Below are positions 34,792 through 47,265 of a stretch of DNA of 64,000 nucleotides, in pieces. This DNA is from Chiloscyllium plagiosum. Its lineage: Eukaryota. Each line of letters opens with the position of its first letter. Within the stretch, counting starts at the first letter, position 1. A program made the translations under genes and the position numbers. The notes under the pieces were generated by a model. The model was not told where the DNA came from and searched no databases. It was given only the letters and a program-made list of their open reading frames with translations. The stretch covers positions 3,690,785 through 3,754,784 of the forward strand of contig NC_057756.1 in assembly GCF_004010195.1 (NCBI RefSeq). The letters run 5' to 3'.

Positions 34792-37430
34792 ACTGCATTT
34801 CTCAATCATCAGGCCACTTGCCCAGTTAATCAAGATTCCTCACTTTTTTAAATGAATTGCTTTGCTATAAGCAATACCTCCAAACTTTGTACATCTGCAA
34901 TATTACTAGTCGTGACTTGTACATTCTCATCCGGATAAATAGTATCAATAAATGATAACTAAGATGCCACCACCGACCTCTTTGACACGCCATCAGTTAC
35001 AGGCTTCCGTCCAATGCAAAAAAGCATTCAATCACCACCCTCTGTTTTCTCCCATCTAATTAGTCAACTCTCCCTGGATCCCATGACACCCAACACTCAT
35101 GGCAAACCTGCATGTGGGACCTTGTCAAAGGCCTTACTAAAGTTCTTGTAGGCAAATCCAATGTCCATCCCTCAACCTTGGTTTTGTTTACGTGTTCAAA
35201 ACGTCTAAACGTTTAGTCAGACATGACTTGCCACAAACAAATCCATGTCGGGTATTCCTATTCAGACCTTGACTATCCAAATGTTGATTGATCCTGTTCC
35301 TCAGTATCCTCTCCAACAACCTGCCTCCCACTGATGTCAGGCTTAGTGGTCTGTAGTTCGCTGAATTATTTTTGCCACCTTTGTTAAAAAAAAATTATTA
35401 TCGAACCTCAAGTCTTCTGGAACTTCACCAGTGGCTGCAGATGAAGCAGAAATCTGTCCAAAAGCCTCTGTCCTTTCTCCCCTCACAACGTCTGACGATG
35501 GACTTGATCAGTCGCAGCGGATCCCTCCAGTTAACTCACTTTAAAGCTGCAAAAACCTCCTCTATGTTAGTATATATGTGAACCAGAACATACCAACTTG
35601 TTTCCTTTATTTCCTCAACATCGCTGATACTCAACTCAGTAAACATCGAGGGGTAATATTCACGAAATATCTCCCCAGCTACTGTGAGTATGGAGAGTAT
35701 AGACGGCCATGATGATCTTTAAGAGGCTCTTTTCTCTCCCTGCACGCACTTGTACTCTTAATAAATCTGTAGAGCCTCTTGGCATTTTCTTTTAACTTAT
35801 CAGTCAGATCCATCGCATAACCACTTTTGCTCTGTTGATTTCCCTCTTAAATTGGTCCCTACATTTCTTATTTATACCTATGTTAAAACTAAGGCTTATC
35901 ATTACTCGACCAAAAGTTCTCCCTGACTGACACTTCCGTCTCCCGACTGACTGCATTTCCTAAGAAGTTGGTTATATCCTCCCGAATAGGCTCCTCGACA
36001 TACTTATTTAGGCAAGATTCTTCAACACATTCGCCACATTCCACATGACCCGGCCTTTTCACTCTCTGGATGACCCAGTCAACACCGTGAAAAATAAAAT
36101 CTCCTACCAAAACGACCTCATTACTCGTATAATTATCCGCAGTCTCTCTACACATCTGCTCCTGTCGCAACCGCTTGTAATTTTGGGATGTACCATACAG
36201 GTCCAACAAAGTACTATCCCATCTTGTTGCTCGCTTTTAAACAGATGGCCTCACTTGATGCTTCCTTAAGATTGTTCTGATAACTACTGTTATCATACAC
36301 TCCCTGACCAAAATTACAAAAGTCACTCCTCGTTTCCTCGTACTTCTGTCACGCCAGTAACAACTGTATCCTGGAGCTCAGACCTGCCAGTCAAAGCTTA
36401 CATTTGACCTTTTTCGTTCTGGCTATAATATCACAGTCCCCACATGCAAATCATGTTCTGACCTTGACTGCCTTACCAGTCAGGGCTCTTGCATTGTAAT
36501 AGATGCCCTTTAAACCAATCGACTTTTTCCTCTCGTTTCCTGTCACCTCACTGTGCCTCATGTATTTTACCGACTTCTCGAATGTTACTCTCTTCGTCAG
36601 AATTGCACAACAAACTATTTTAAACACTCTTGGGCAACGCTGAAAAAAAAACTCACCACAAGTATATTGGTTCCCTTCTGGTTCAAACGCAAGTCGCCCC
36701 TTTTGTACTGTTCATCTGTATCCCAGAAAATAACACAATGATCAAATAACTGAAAACCCTGCCAGCTGCACCAGCCTGACATCGACGCATTCATCTGACC
36801 TATTTTTTTCTGTTTCTATCCTCACTGACGTGTGGCAATTTGAATAATCCAGAGGTCATTGCACTTTCGGTCCTGCTTTTTACTTTTTTACTGTACTCCC
36901 CATACTCAGTTTGAAGGACCCCCGCCATTTGTCTACCTATGCCACTCGTATCGATGTGAACAATGACCTGTGTCAGTTCACCTTGCCCCTTCAGGAATAT
37001 CTGCAAATACTCACCAATATCCTTGACCCTAGCACCAGGGAAGCAACCCACCTTCATGGTTTATCTTCTCCAGCCACAGAATCAACTGTCTGTCTCTCTC
37101 ACAATTAAGTTTCCTCCCAATATCATTCTGTCTGACTGCACCATTTCCCTCTGAACGTGTGAGCCCGACAAAGTGCTGTTACCCGCCCCTGATACTTCAT
37201 TTCCCGAACAGTATTCAAGATTATATACATATTATTGAAGGGAATGGGCACAGGGGAACGTGAACTATCTGATTTCCTCCTTACGTTATCTGCTGGTCGC
37301 CAGCTACCTTTCGGCTGCACTTTAGGGTGACCACTTCACTTTCGCTCTTATCAATGAAGTTATTTGCATCCCTGATATTTCAGAATCCATCCAGCTAGAA
37401 CTCCAGTTCCATAGCGTTAGAGTTTACAGA
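34792..37430 (-). mobile_element. Old CR1 LINE, 5' portion (RT, endonuclease, ORF1 esterase); continuation of 22390-23132
   Basis: VVLVGDFIFHGVDW (35889-36209), CFPGARVKDI..VIVHIDTSGIGR (36800-37057) and SPVPIPFNNMYIIL (37123-37320). Confidence 0.82.
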
Positions 37431-38366
37431 CGTGCCATTTAGTATAACAAATCCACCAAGCATATTTCAAAGACTATGAAATAAAGTCATTTTGCAAATA
37501 ACAATTATTAGATGTACATCTACAACTTGATAAGTATTAGTCACACATGGGAGGAATATTTGGAAAATTTACATTGAGACATGGACTTAGTGATAAATCT
37601 GGATTTTCAAAAGATGAAGTCACGTTCCTCTGTCATGTTATTAGCCACAGACAGCCTGCCACACAGGATATGCAAACAAAGGCTGCTGGAGAGGTTTATG
37701 ATTTTGTGATTCCTATGACTGAATTTGTTTTGTCTCAGCATTTATTAACGGTTTTGAACTTTGTGGTTTCCTCATTAAGTGACTTGTTAGAAAAGTGCAG
37801 TGAATATCAGTGGGTGAACAAATTTCAAAAGACATTTGACAGTCCGAAAGCTGTACTAACCTCTACCTCGGTGTTATCCAAAACTAGTCAGGAAAGGTCA
37901 TTAAAGTTGGCTATCGATGCATTGAATGTATGTGTCAAGGCAATAGTCTTGCAAGAAGATGAGTGAGAAGGTACAAAGGCCCGTGGGAAGTTTTTCACAA
38001 TGTTGAATAATAACCAAAATAAGTATTCCACCGTTGAGAAGAAGAACTTGAACTTCGCATTGACCTTGCAACATTTCAGCATTTATGTTGCGAGTGGGAT
38101 GTCTCAGACAGTCGTATATATTGACCATGAGCCTTTAAAATCATTGGAGCAAAAAACGGGATACAAAAATTAGAGTGCTTAGATGGGGATTATTATTGCA
38201 GGCATTCAACTAAGACTCGTGATATGATGAGACAACATAATTGCTAATGCGGTGTCATGACTGTGAGGAAGGAAGATGGGGGCATTCACTGACAAGAAAA
38301 GTTACAATGTTGCAGTAAATGTTTGCATGCTCAAAGTAAATATAATGCAAGTGCACAGTGGACTGC
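37430..38366 (+). mobile_element. Gypsy (Gmr1-like) RT C-terminus and RNase H remnant
   Basis: EVTFLCHVIS, YQWVNKFQKTFDSPKAVL, LKLAIDALNVCVKAIVLQE, KYSTVEK and VYIDHEPLK. The 3' UTR resumes after 39283. Confidence 0.8.
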
Positions 38367-39283
38367 TGTTATGACGAGACGGTGAATCCTTCGATTAAAT
38401 GATTCGAAAATATATGATAAATGGCTTATGCCCGAAACATCGATTCTCGTGCTCCTTGGATGTTGCCTGACCTGCTGTGTTGTTCCAGTGTGACACTCTC
38501 GAATTTGAAAAGCACACCACTCCTCACGATCTTTTGAAATATCAGTGAAGGAAAACTCCTAAATTCCACTATTTATAGAAAATAATAGCAATTATTATGA
38601 TGGCAAATGTCCTTAATTCTAAACGTGAATATGAAACAGCAACTGTTCTCATATTAAAGCTCCATCTTTCTCTTAATTGCTCATTATCTGCCTCCAGCTC
38701 TATATAAAAGAAAAACACATACTGCACTGATTTTAAAAGAACAGTTATCATGATTGTTTCAACTGAATTTCAAAACGATAAAGCGGCTGTCATTGGTGCC
38801 TCTCTTATCCCAGTTAATGATCTCCATGGGTTGTCTTCTTTCTTTTATGTGATTTATATTTATGTGAAAACGTATCTTTGACATAGGGTGTTGGAGTCTG
38901 TCTCGATGGCAGTTACCCTCGATGGCAGTAATTCTGTTGATGGCAGCTATTCTTTCAATGGCAGTTTCTCTGTCTGACTTTCAAAATGTCTGTTTCCTTG
39001 AAAAAACAATACCAAAATTGGATTGTCTCATTGGACCGATGCTTACAAGACAATAAATTCAAACTCGATTGGGCATAATTTAAACGGATTAGTTAAATTC
39101 GAATTGTCGTCAAAACAGCAACTAAGTCAGGTATCTATTTCACAGCCAAATGTGACATATTTCAATTTTTCAGGACACACTGTGACTGCTAGTTAGTCAT
39201 ATGACAGGTGCATATAGTCTATCCGTGCAAAGGATCATTCACTCTTTCTTAAAGGTACAGTACACGCCTTCAACATCAGAACA
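38367..39283 (-). repeat. Solo LTR (related to the 23133-23836 family) inserted in the Gypsy 3' UTR
   Basis: Starts TGTTATGACGAG and shares GGATTGTCTCATTGG and CTTAAAGGTACAGTACAC..CTTCA blocks with the other LTRs. Contains 4 short GATGGCAGT-type repeats (38900-38965). Confidence 0.65.
38411..38502 (+). mobile_element. Short Penelope-like terminal fragment with a decayed hammerhead motif
   Basis: ATGATAAATGGCTTATGCCCGAAACATCGATTC followed by GGATGTTGCCTGACCTGCTGTG, homologous to 47141-47215. Confidence 0.75.
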
Positions 39284-39360
39284 CTATTAATAATGTAAAA
39301 CAAAAACATTTTAAGTATGAAACCATGTCTGCACATTGATGGTTAATTTCAAAAGGCTGG

Positions 39361-39920
39361 TGATTTGACAAGCCTATGGCTTAAAGAGGCACATTTCTCT
39401 ATGTATATTTCTAAAAGAATGGTTAGAACGAGAGTAGCATTCTGAATTGGTATTGCAAGCTCCCATGGAACCAAGATTTTTAAGTTTAATTTTCGATAGA
39501 AGCTGCTAAGGTTCCTTTCTAAGTGGGTGATGTGATGATGCGATCATGACACAAAGGAGGTGTATTTTGTTTTCGTTTCCTTTCAGGAAGAAAGGTTGAG
39601 ATGAAGTTCCCAAGCAGTCTTCTAAAGCCAATAAAGGAAAGCAGATTGTGATGTCTTGGAGACCTTCTTCTTAAATTTGTAACAATGGAAACAGCTCCCA
39701 CAGATCCCAGACTTAGCTTATTGCTGTTGCTGATGTCTTAATGCTGGTGTGTTAGCCTTCACTTCTCCCTCTGTTCCAGGTAATCGCTGTAGTTGTCTTC
39801 CTGCTGCGTATGTAATTTCAATCGGACTATTGATGGAGTTACAGTTCAACCAATCTTTATCCTGTGCTTATAATTTATCTCTAACTGTACATACTGCTTA
39901 ATGCTTGACTAAGTGAATTG
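39361..39920 (+). repeat. Gypsy LTR fragments (plus strand)
   Basis: From 39531 (TGTGATG..CAGTC..CAGATTGTGATGTCTTGGA..TTGTAACAAT) the sequence aligns with the LTR start at 57232-57375. Confidence 0.6.
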
Positions 39921-40889
39921 CATCTAGAAAGCAACGCCTGACACTTACCTTTAAAATCTGAAAACGTTTACATCTCGACTATCTTGTGAAAGAATTTTAG
40001 GATGGATTGTTCTAAACCATTCCGTTTCAGCACCAATTTTCGAATGCAGTGAGTCCTTCTCTTCTGAGTGTAGCAATTCTGCTTGAAGGATATGCATAAA
40101 TTCCTTCTCCACAGAAATTCGCGACAGACGTCCTCAGACATAAACACTTCAACACCATCCAGAAACAGGAGTGGCAAGGCGTCACTTGCATCATACTGGA
40201 ATGATCCAGAACATTGTATAAAGGAGGTAATTGTCGCTTGTACTTAATCACATTGTATCTGTTTTTCACTTGCATGTATCAGTGCGAATTGGGGATTTAG
40301 TTTTGACCTTTGGTTCATAAGTCTGTTGTCCTTCATCTGGACTCGAGAAAACCTTTCTTAAATTATCATGCTGGAAGATGATCATTTCAAATCGGGACTT
40401 TTGCATATTTTACAGCATCAGTGGTTCGAACTGTTCTTGATTACTTTAGAGGCAGTTCTATTGTTGACATCCGGGTTACTTACAATATGCAAAATGATGA
40501 TTTGCATGGATTCATAAAGTCAAAATGACCCAAGCAGTGTTTGACTTCGGTGTTTGCTGCGTTTAGAAGAATAGATATATATCAGAAATAGTTATTATCA
40601 TAAACCTTGAAGTATTCGATCATGTGGAACTAAGGAAATATAAATATAATTTTGAAAACTAAATGCTTAATTTGTTTGCAACTCCTTCATCTCTTTAACA
40701 AAGCATTGCAGCTTTCTTTTTTTTTTTTAAATCTAAGTGGAATTCAGAAACATACTCTAATGGTAGAAATACTCTATTTGATTAGGTAAATGTACAGTGT
40801 CTCCATTTATTTTTAATGCAAAAACATTGAGCTGATATTGGACAATTATATTGTTTGGTAAAGCTACAGTGAAAAAAAATAAATACAAA

Positions 40890-41095
40890 AAGAATGATGC
40901 TGGATAAAGCAGAGCATGCCAGGTGGCAACAGAGGAGCAGGGCAGTCAAGATTTTGTGCTACAACTCTTCATCGAGAATTCATGATGCTCGAAACGTCGA
41001 CTCTCCTCCTCCTCCGTGCTGTCTGACCTGCAGTGCTGTTCCTATGCAACATGGTATCACCCTTGTTTGCAGCATCTGCAGTGCTCACTTGCTCC
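40890..41095. mobile_element. Inverted pair of Penelope-like terminal repeats
   Basis: The left arm GCAGAGCATGCCAGGTGGCAACAGAGGAGCAGGGCAGTC is loosely complementary to the right arm GACTCTCCTCCTCCTCCGTGCTGTCTGACCTGCAGTGCTG. CTCGAAACGTCGA lies near the centre. Confidence 0.7.
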
Positions 41096-41683
41096 AAGTT
41101 TTATCTTCTATTTGCACTTTGTTTCATTGCATTTTGTTACTTGGATATTCTTATAGTGGAATGGACATAAAGTGTACACTCCCCCTTTTGTATCTGTGCA
41201 GATCTGACAGCTTGCCAATTAGGTAAGACGGTATATGGACTTTTGTCGTGTTTTGTGCAAACTCTCACGCTTCTCTATGTTTGCTAAGTTAGAAAACTGC
41301 AGGATCTTCTAATTTATCTTAAAGAAACATCAACCAAAAAATAACAAGAACCATTGTATTCCCATTGTTGTAATTTTCTTTACATCTTTGAAAATTCTTG
41401 ACAGCTTTCAACGTTTGCAGAATGCAAGTTAAAATATCTGTTGTGTGTTTGTTTTGTGTCTGTCTGCATAATATGCTTTAAGAAAGCCGATTTTTTTCCT
41501 GGGGAAGGACCGACACGGAAATAATGATCAGCTATGAAAAGAAAGATAGCATTTGGAAACAATAGAGACGAGATGAAAAGAAAATATGTCTGACTGTATC
41601 ACCTCTTGAAGAGAAACAGAATGACAGACAAGCATTTGCATCAATACCTGTAGTGGCGAAGGGACAAGGAACGCTGCAAGAAA

Positions 41684-41735
41684 TGTATGTGTGAGTGCAT
41701 GTGAGTCTGTGTGTGTGTCTGTGTGTGTGTGTGTG
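41684..41735. repeat. Imperfect (TG)n microsatellite
   Basis: TG dinucleotide run with interruptions. Confidence 0.9.
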
Positions 41736-41999
41736 AAAATTCACCGTCTTACTCTTAATTGAGAAAGTCATGCTCAATTGGATTTCTTCATAACAGCAAG
41801 AGCAATGGGTCAATTTTCTCTAATTCCTTAAGGCTGTGCGATAGTTAAGTTAGAAACAAAAGCTTTGGTTCGTCAGTGAAACGATTATTTCAAATTGGTG
41901 CATTGCGTTAATACAGAATGAACAGAAACTTGCAGTATAAAGGGTATTTATACTCTTGTGCATGACACACAGAAAGATGCTGGTGCAGTTCTTAATCTG

Positions 42000-42560
42000 G
42001 GATGCAAACAGACCACTAGACATTATTTCACGGGGTCTTGAGTATAAGTGCAGGGAAGTCTTACAACAAACGGAAAAGAAATTATTGAGTCACCATTTGG
42101 TGTACAGTGAGCAGTTATGTCACCCTATTTAATGAAAAGTATCATTGCATTGGAGACATTTCAGTGAAATATCACTGGGCTGGTGCCTGACGTCCCGGGA
42201 TTCACTTGCGGAAAAATACTGAGCAGGTTTGGAATCTCCTGGTTGGAGTGGGGATGGGTAAGAGGTGATATCATTGAAACGTCTATGGTTCATTAAGTCT
42301 AAACAGTGTACATGAAGATAGGAGGTTTTGCCTCATGGGAGTTCATGGGACGAGAGTGCTTCGTCCCAGAGTGACAGGGGTCTAATGTATGGCTGAAATT
42401 TGGTCGATTCAACTTTCTGAGTGCTTGGAAACTTTGGAGATACTTGCTACACAGAACTTTATGGACAGCGTACAAGTGGATATTTAAGACTAAGTTAGAC
42501 AATTGTTTCATCAAATGGAAATTAAAATTTAAAAAGTTATCTCAGTAAATTCGGCGTTAG
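42000..42560 (+). mobile_element. Highly decayed CR1 3' fragment
   Basis: GAGTATAAGTGCAGGGAAGTC, GCAGTTATGTCACCCTATTTAATGAAA and AGAGGTGATATCATTGAAAC match the CR1 ORF2 C-terminus. Confidence 0.65.
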
Positions 42561-42649
42561 GTAAGTAGAGAAATATTGAGATCCATGCCCAAAACTTCTT
42601 AAAAATGTAAACACGGATGGATAAGTTATTTCAAAGAAAGCATATTACA

Positions 42650-43690
42650 TGAGATAGTAAGGAAAGCAGAAGATTGAAATCAGGTTTGATAAACAGTGCA
42701 ACTGGATAAACAGCGCACGTCAGACAGCGTTGGAGGAACAGGAAGGTCGAGTTTCAGCTGAAGACCCTTCGTCATGACAGAAAAGAGGGAAATGAACAGA
42801 GGGATGGGTGAGTCCAGTGGAATAGTAGATATATTGACGAAAGCTGGGTGCATATTTGGCGGTTATTGTGATAGGTGGAGCAGATCAGCAAGAAGTAAGA
42901 TTACGTAAATAAGGTTACATCAGGTTTAGGTGGCAGGAAGGACAGGAAGGGTTGTACATGGGTGAGTTTTTGGTTTGGAAAATCTTAATATATGTAAAAT
43001 CCATGTTGAAGCCTTTTGGTTGTAAGCTGCCAAAGTAGAATATAACTTGTTATTCCTCCAGTTTTCATGTGACGAATTGTGATGAGGCCAGCCACATGTC
43101 ACCAAAGGAGTAGGAGTATTAGTTGAACCATTTGGCAATGAGAAGGTGATGTTGACTGCAGTATTCAGAGCGCAGATGTTTAGCGAACCGGTCCCCGAGA
43201 CTATGGTTAGTCTCCCTGATGTAGAGGAGACCATATGTGGAGCAACTGAGGCAAAAGAGCATGTTTGAAAAAGTGCAGCTGAGAACCTGATGGATTTGGA
43301 ATGATTGTTTGCGACCTTAGACGGCGTTGAGTGAGGAGATGTAGGAATAGGCATTGCACGTCCTGTGACTACAGAGGAAGATGTCAGATGTGCAGAAGAG
43401 TTTGCTGAAGAGTTTGGAACTGATGAGGGAGTTGCAGATTTAATGCTACCTATGGAAACCAGTTTGAAATAAGGAAGGAAATATAATTTTGATGGTGAGG
43501 TCTGACTGTAGGTGGCGATAATTGTGAAGGATCACAGGTCGGATTTGAAGATTGTTGGAGTGTTATGTGAGCATGATAGAACTGTATCATTGTTGTGGTT
43601 GGGCAGAAGAGTTTTAATGGCAGAGTTGTAGGAAATGGAAGAGATATGTGTGAGAATATTTTTCATTGTGGCAGAACGGAAATTAGGCAC
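42650..43690 (-). mobile_element. Old Penelope-like element (GIY-YIG region plus terminal repeat)
   Basis: The minus strand gives remnants similar to C..YIGET..RL..RF.EH and GSLQP.G.N.DF. The terminal motif GACGAAGGGTCTTCAGCTGAAAC (hammerhead-like, decayed) lies at about 42750-42775. Confidence 0.75.
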
Positions 43691-43764
43691 GATTTCAGAA
43701 CAAAAACTTAACGTCTTGATGCAATTGTTGGTGAGATCTCACCTCGCTTCATTTTCCGTCCTCT

Positions 43765-44073
43765 AATTAGATTATATTCTCTGCAATATGGAAACAGGCC
43801 CTTCGGCCCAACAAGTCCACACCGACCCTCCGAAGAGTAACCCACCCAGACCCATTCCCCCTAACTAATGCACCTAACTCTACAGGCAATTTAGGATGAT
43901 CAATTCACCTGACCTGCACATCTTTGGATTGGGGTAGGAAACCGAAGAAAACCCACGCAAACACGGGGAGAATGTGCAAACTCCGCATAGACAGTCGCCT
44001 GAGGCTGGAATCGAAGCGCAGTTCGTGGTGCTGTGAGGCAGCAGTGCTAACCACTGAGCAACCGTGCCGCCCG
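43765..44073 (-). mobile_element. V-SINE (HE1-like), near full length, inserted into an old CR1 fragment
   Basis: The reverse complement begins GGGCGGCACGGTTGCTCAGTGGTTAGCACTGCTGCCTCACAGC. V-domain GGAGTTTGCACATTCTCCCCGTGTTTGCGTGGGTTT; ends in a TAATCTAAT tail. Confidence 0.95.
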
Positions 44074-44248
44074 CATCAGAAATAATGCTTGAGTATAGAG
44101 GCTGTGGGAGAAAATTTGCCAGACTTATGCTGGGAGAAATGATTGATTGTAAAAAGATAAAGTTCGTTTTGGACCTTATTCACTGGAGTTTAGAAGAATG
44201 AGGCGATCTCAGATTAATGCAAAAATATTCACGGAGAAAGTGAATTCA

Positions 44249-44593
44249 CGCCGTCATTTCCGCCTGTACAGCGCATCATCCGCCGTCATTTCCGCCACCT
44301 CCAAACAGACCCCACCACCAAGGATATATTTCCCTCCCCTCCCCTATCAGCATTCCGTAAAGACCGCTCCCTCCGTGACTCCCTCGTCAGATCCACACCC
44401 CCCACCAACCCAACCTCCACCCGCGGCACCTTCCCCTGCAACCGCAGGAGGTGCAAGACTTGCGCCCACACCTCCCCCCTCACCTCCCTCCAAGGCCCCA
44501 AAGGAAACTTCCATATCCGCCACAGATTCACCTGCACCTCCACAAACATCATCTATTGCATCCTCTGCACACGATGTGGCCTCCTCTATATTG
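44249..44593 (+). mobile_element. Penelope-like (Neptune-type) fragment: linker, Zn-finger and start of GIY-YIG; truncated by the gap
   Basis: Translation RHFRHLQTDPTTKDIFPSPPLSAFRKDRSLRDSLVRS..PCNRRRCKTCAH..FTCTSTNIIYCILCTRCGLLYI. Confidence 0.92.
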
Positions 44594-45376
44594 NNNNNNN
44601 NNNNNNNNNNNNNNNNNNNNNNNNNNNNNNNNNNNNNNNNNNNNNNNNNNNNNNNNNNNNNNNNNNNNNNNNNNNNNNNNNNNNNNNNNNNNNNNNNNNN
44701 NNNNNNNNNNNNNNNNNNNNNNNNNNNNNNNNNNNNNNNNNNNNNNNNNNNNNNNNNNNNNNNNNNNNNNNNNNNNNNNNNNNNNNNNNNNNNNNNNNNN
44801 NNNNNNNNNNNNNNNNNNNNNNNNNNNNNNNNNNNNNNNNNNNNNNNNNNNNNNNNNNNNNNNNNNNNNNNNNNNNNNNNNNNNNNNNNNNNNNNNNNNN
44901 NNNNNNNNNNNNNNNNNNNNNNNNNNNNNNNNNNNNNNNNNNNNNNNNNNNNNNNNNNNNNNNNNNNNNNNNNNNNNNNNNNNNNNNNNNNNNNNNNNNN
45001 NNNNNNNNNNNNNNNNNNNNNNNNNNNNNNNNNNNNNNNNNNNNNNNNNNNNNNNNNNNNNNNNNNNNNNNNNNNNNNNNNNNNNNNNNNNNNNNNNNNN
45101 NNNNNNNNNNNNNNNNNNNNNNNNNNNNNNNNNNNNNNNNNNNNNNNNNNNNNNNNNNNNNNNNNNNNNNNNNNNNNNNNNNNNNNNNNNNNNNNNNNNN
45201 NNNNNNNNNNNNNNNNNNNNNNNNNNNNNNNNNNNNNNNNNNNNNNNNNNNNNNNNNNNNNNNNNNNNNNNNNNNNNNNNNNNNNNNNNNNNNNNNNNNN
45301 NNNNNNNNNNNNNNNNNNNNNNNNNNNNNNNNNNNNNNNNNNNNNNNNNNNNNNNNNNNNNNNNNNNNNNNNNNNN
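44594..45376. other. Assembly gap (N run)
   Basis: Run of n characters. Confidence 1.
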
Positions 45377-46299
45377 TTGATGTGATGCTGAACTCTAAAG
45401 ACTAACCCTAAATACATTGACAACGTTCATGCAATAGGTGTTCTCACCATTTATCATGCTTGCTTTTATATTCTGATCACTGTCTGAAATATTGACTTTC
45501 TAAACTGGTTTTAAATTTGCTATTGTGTTGTGGTACTGCATGTCAAACTTGCCTTTAGTGCGAGTGTGCTCCTTTACTACAACCAAATCAAGATGAAGCT
45601 TTTGAAGCCCCATGTGAAAATACAAATTTGTTGATCTTAATTTCTGGCTATCAATTATTATTTAACTTTTAAAGGCATTTTACTTTATCTGAATATTTGA
45701 GTTGCTTTTGAAATTGAGGAATGGGGACTGGGCTACTGTGTTCATTGTCATTCCTGGCACTACCGAACTTCACAAACCATGCAGGAAAAATCTGTAGCTA
45801 AATTCCAGTGACTAGAGCAAAAAAAAGCTTTAAATCAAGATACGCTTAAACTTTTTATGAGGAATCTATGATTAGAGTTTTTGAGCCGTCATGAGTGGAA
45901 ACTTTTTGTAAAAAGAAAAGCAATGTGCTGTTCTTTTATGCCAATTAATTTTGAAAATATGGGTATTATATTTTAAAATAAATCTCAATTATGTTTCAGC
46001 TAAATCTCTAAATCCAATCATGCTTTTAAAAGGCTGTTTTGATCAGAGTATGGCAGTCATTTGTTCATATCTTTTCAAGGTTCCCAAATGAGTGTTTTGT
46101 CAGAACTGTCTCTCTGCACTGACATGCATAATTGATTGGATTGACCTGCTTCCAAGTGTGGTAATCTTCTTTGAACTTTAATAACCTTTTGACCTAATCC
46201 AAATTCTCCCTTTGTCCAAGATATGTCTTGCTTTTAGATGTATTGTTTCATTTCTGTACCTTGTATTTTTTTTAAGGTATTTTGGAAACATTTTAGTTT

Positions 46300-46611
46300 A
46301 TCTTCCCTTGATAGTCCTGATAAATGTGTGGATTTAGTGGATGTACGATATCAGAATTTTCAGAAGGTTTTTGAGAAGGTACCCACACATTGAACTACTT
46401 AATAAGAGCTCATAGTGTTAGAGGTCATGTATTAGCTTGGTCAGAGGACAGAGTTGGAGTAAGGGGGACATTTTCAGGATAGCAACCTGTAACTAGTAGA
46501 ATGCCACAGCTATTGATGCTAGAACCACAATTGTTTACAATGTGTATTAACAATTTGGATGAGGAAAGTGAATATATTATAGCCAAGTGTGTGGATGACA
46601 CAAATAGGTGG
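46300..46611 (+). mobile_element. Old CR1 RT fragment
   Basis: FQKVFEKVP and LEPQLFTMCINNLDE..IAKCVDDTN. Confidence 0.75.
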
Positions 46612-47265
46612 GATTCACCTGCACCTCCACCCACATCATCTACTGCATCCGCTGCAGCCGGTGTGGCCTTCTCTATATTGGGGAGACAGGCCGGCTACTT
46701 GCGGGGCGATTCAGAGAGCACCTCTGGGCCACCCGGACGAACCAACCCAACCAACCTGTGGCACAGCATTTCAACTCCCCCTCCCACTCCACCGAGGATA
46801 TGCAGGTCATTGGACTCATCCACCGCCAAACCACAACAACCCGACGGTCGGAGGAGGAGCGTCTTATCTTCCGACTGGGAACCCTCCAACCGCAGGGGGT
46901 GAACTTGGACTTCACCAGTTTCTTCATCCCCCCTCCCCCCACCTTGTCTCAGCCGGATCCTTCCAGCCCGGCACCGCCTTCCTGTCCTGCAGTCTTCTTC
47001 TTGTCCTCTCCGCCTCCACCCTACTCCGACCTATCACCCTCACCTTGACCTCTTTCCACCTATCACATTTCCAACGCCCCTCCTCCAAGTCCCTCCTCCC
47101 TACCTTTTCTCTTCTCCTGCTGAACACTCTCTGCTCATTCCTGAAGAAGGGCCTGTGCCCGAAACGTCGAATCTCCTGTTCCCTGGATGCTGCCTGACCT
47201 GCTGTGCTGTTGCAGCAATAAAGTTTCAACTTTGATCTCCAGCATCTGCAGACCTCACTTTCTCC
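46612..47265 (+). mobile_element. 5'-truncated Penelope-like element: intact GIY-YIG endonuclease segment, 3' UTR and terminal repeat
   Basis: ORF 46608-47048 reads [59 protein letters not shown] at 47217; ends CAGCATCTGCAGACCTCACTTTCTCCT. Confidence 0.93.
47137..47172 (+). ncRNA. Minimal type I hammerhead ribozyme motif (Penelope-associated)
   Basis: AUUC-CUGAAGA-A-GGGC(CUGU)GCCC-GAAAC-GUC^GAAU. Catalytic boxes CUGANGA and GAAA are present, stem II is GGGC/GCCC, stem I is AUUC/GAAU, and the GUC cleavage triplet ends at 47168. Confidence 0.8.

Noticed and set aside
38900..38965. CRISPR-like short repeats (GATGGCAGT units)
   Set aside because: Degenerate minisatellite inside an LTR; no unique spacers of regular length, no cas genes, and a eukaryotic context.
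39587..39779. Plus-strand exon with a Kozak ATG and signal-peptide-like METAPTDPRLSLLLLL
   Set aside because: It has an in-frame stop and the sequence aligns with the Gypsy LTR start at 57232-57375, so it is better explained as an LTR fragment.
44198..45423. Long ORFs of 309-395 aa
   Set aside because: Artefacts of reading through the N gap.
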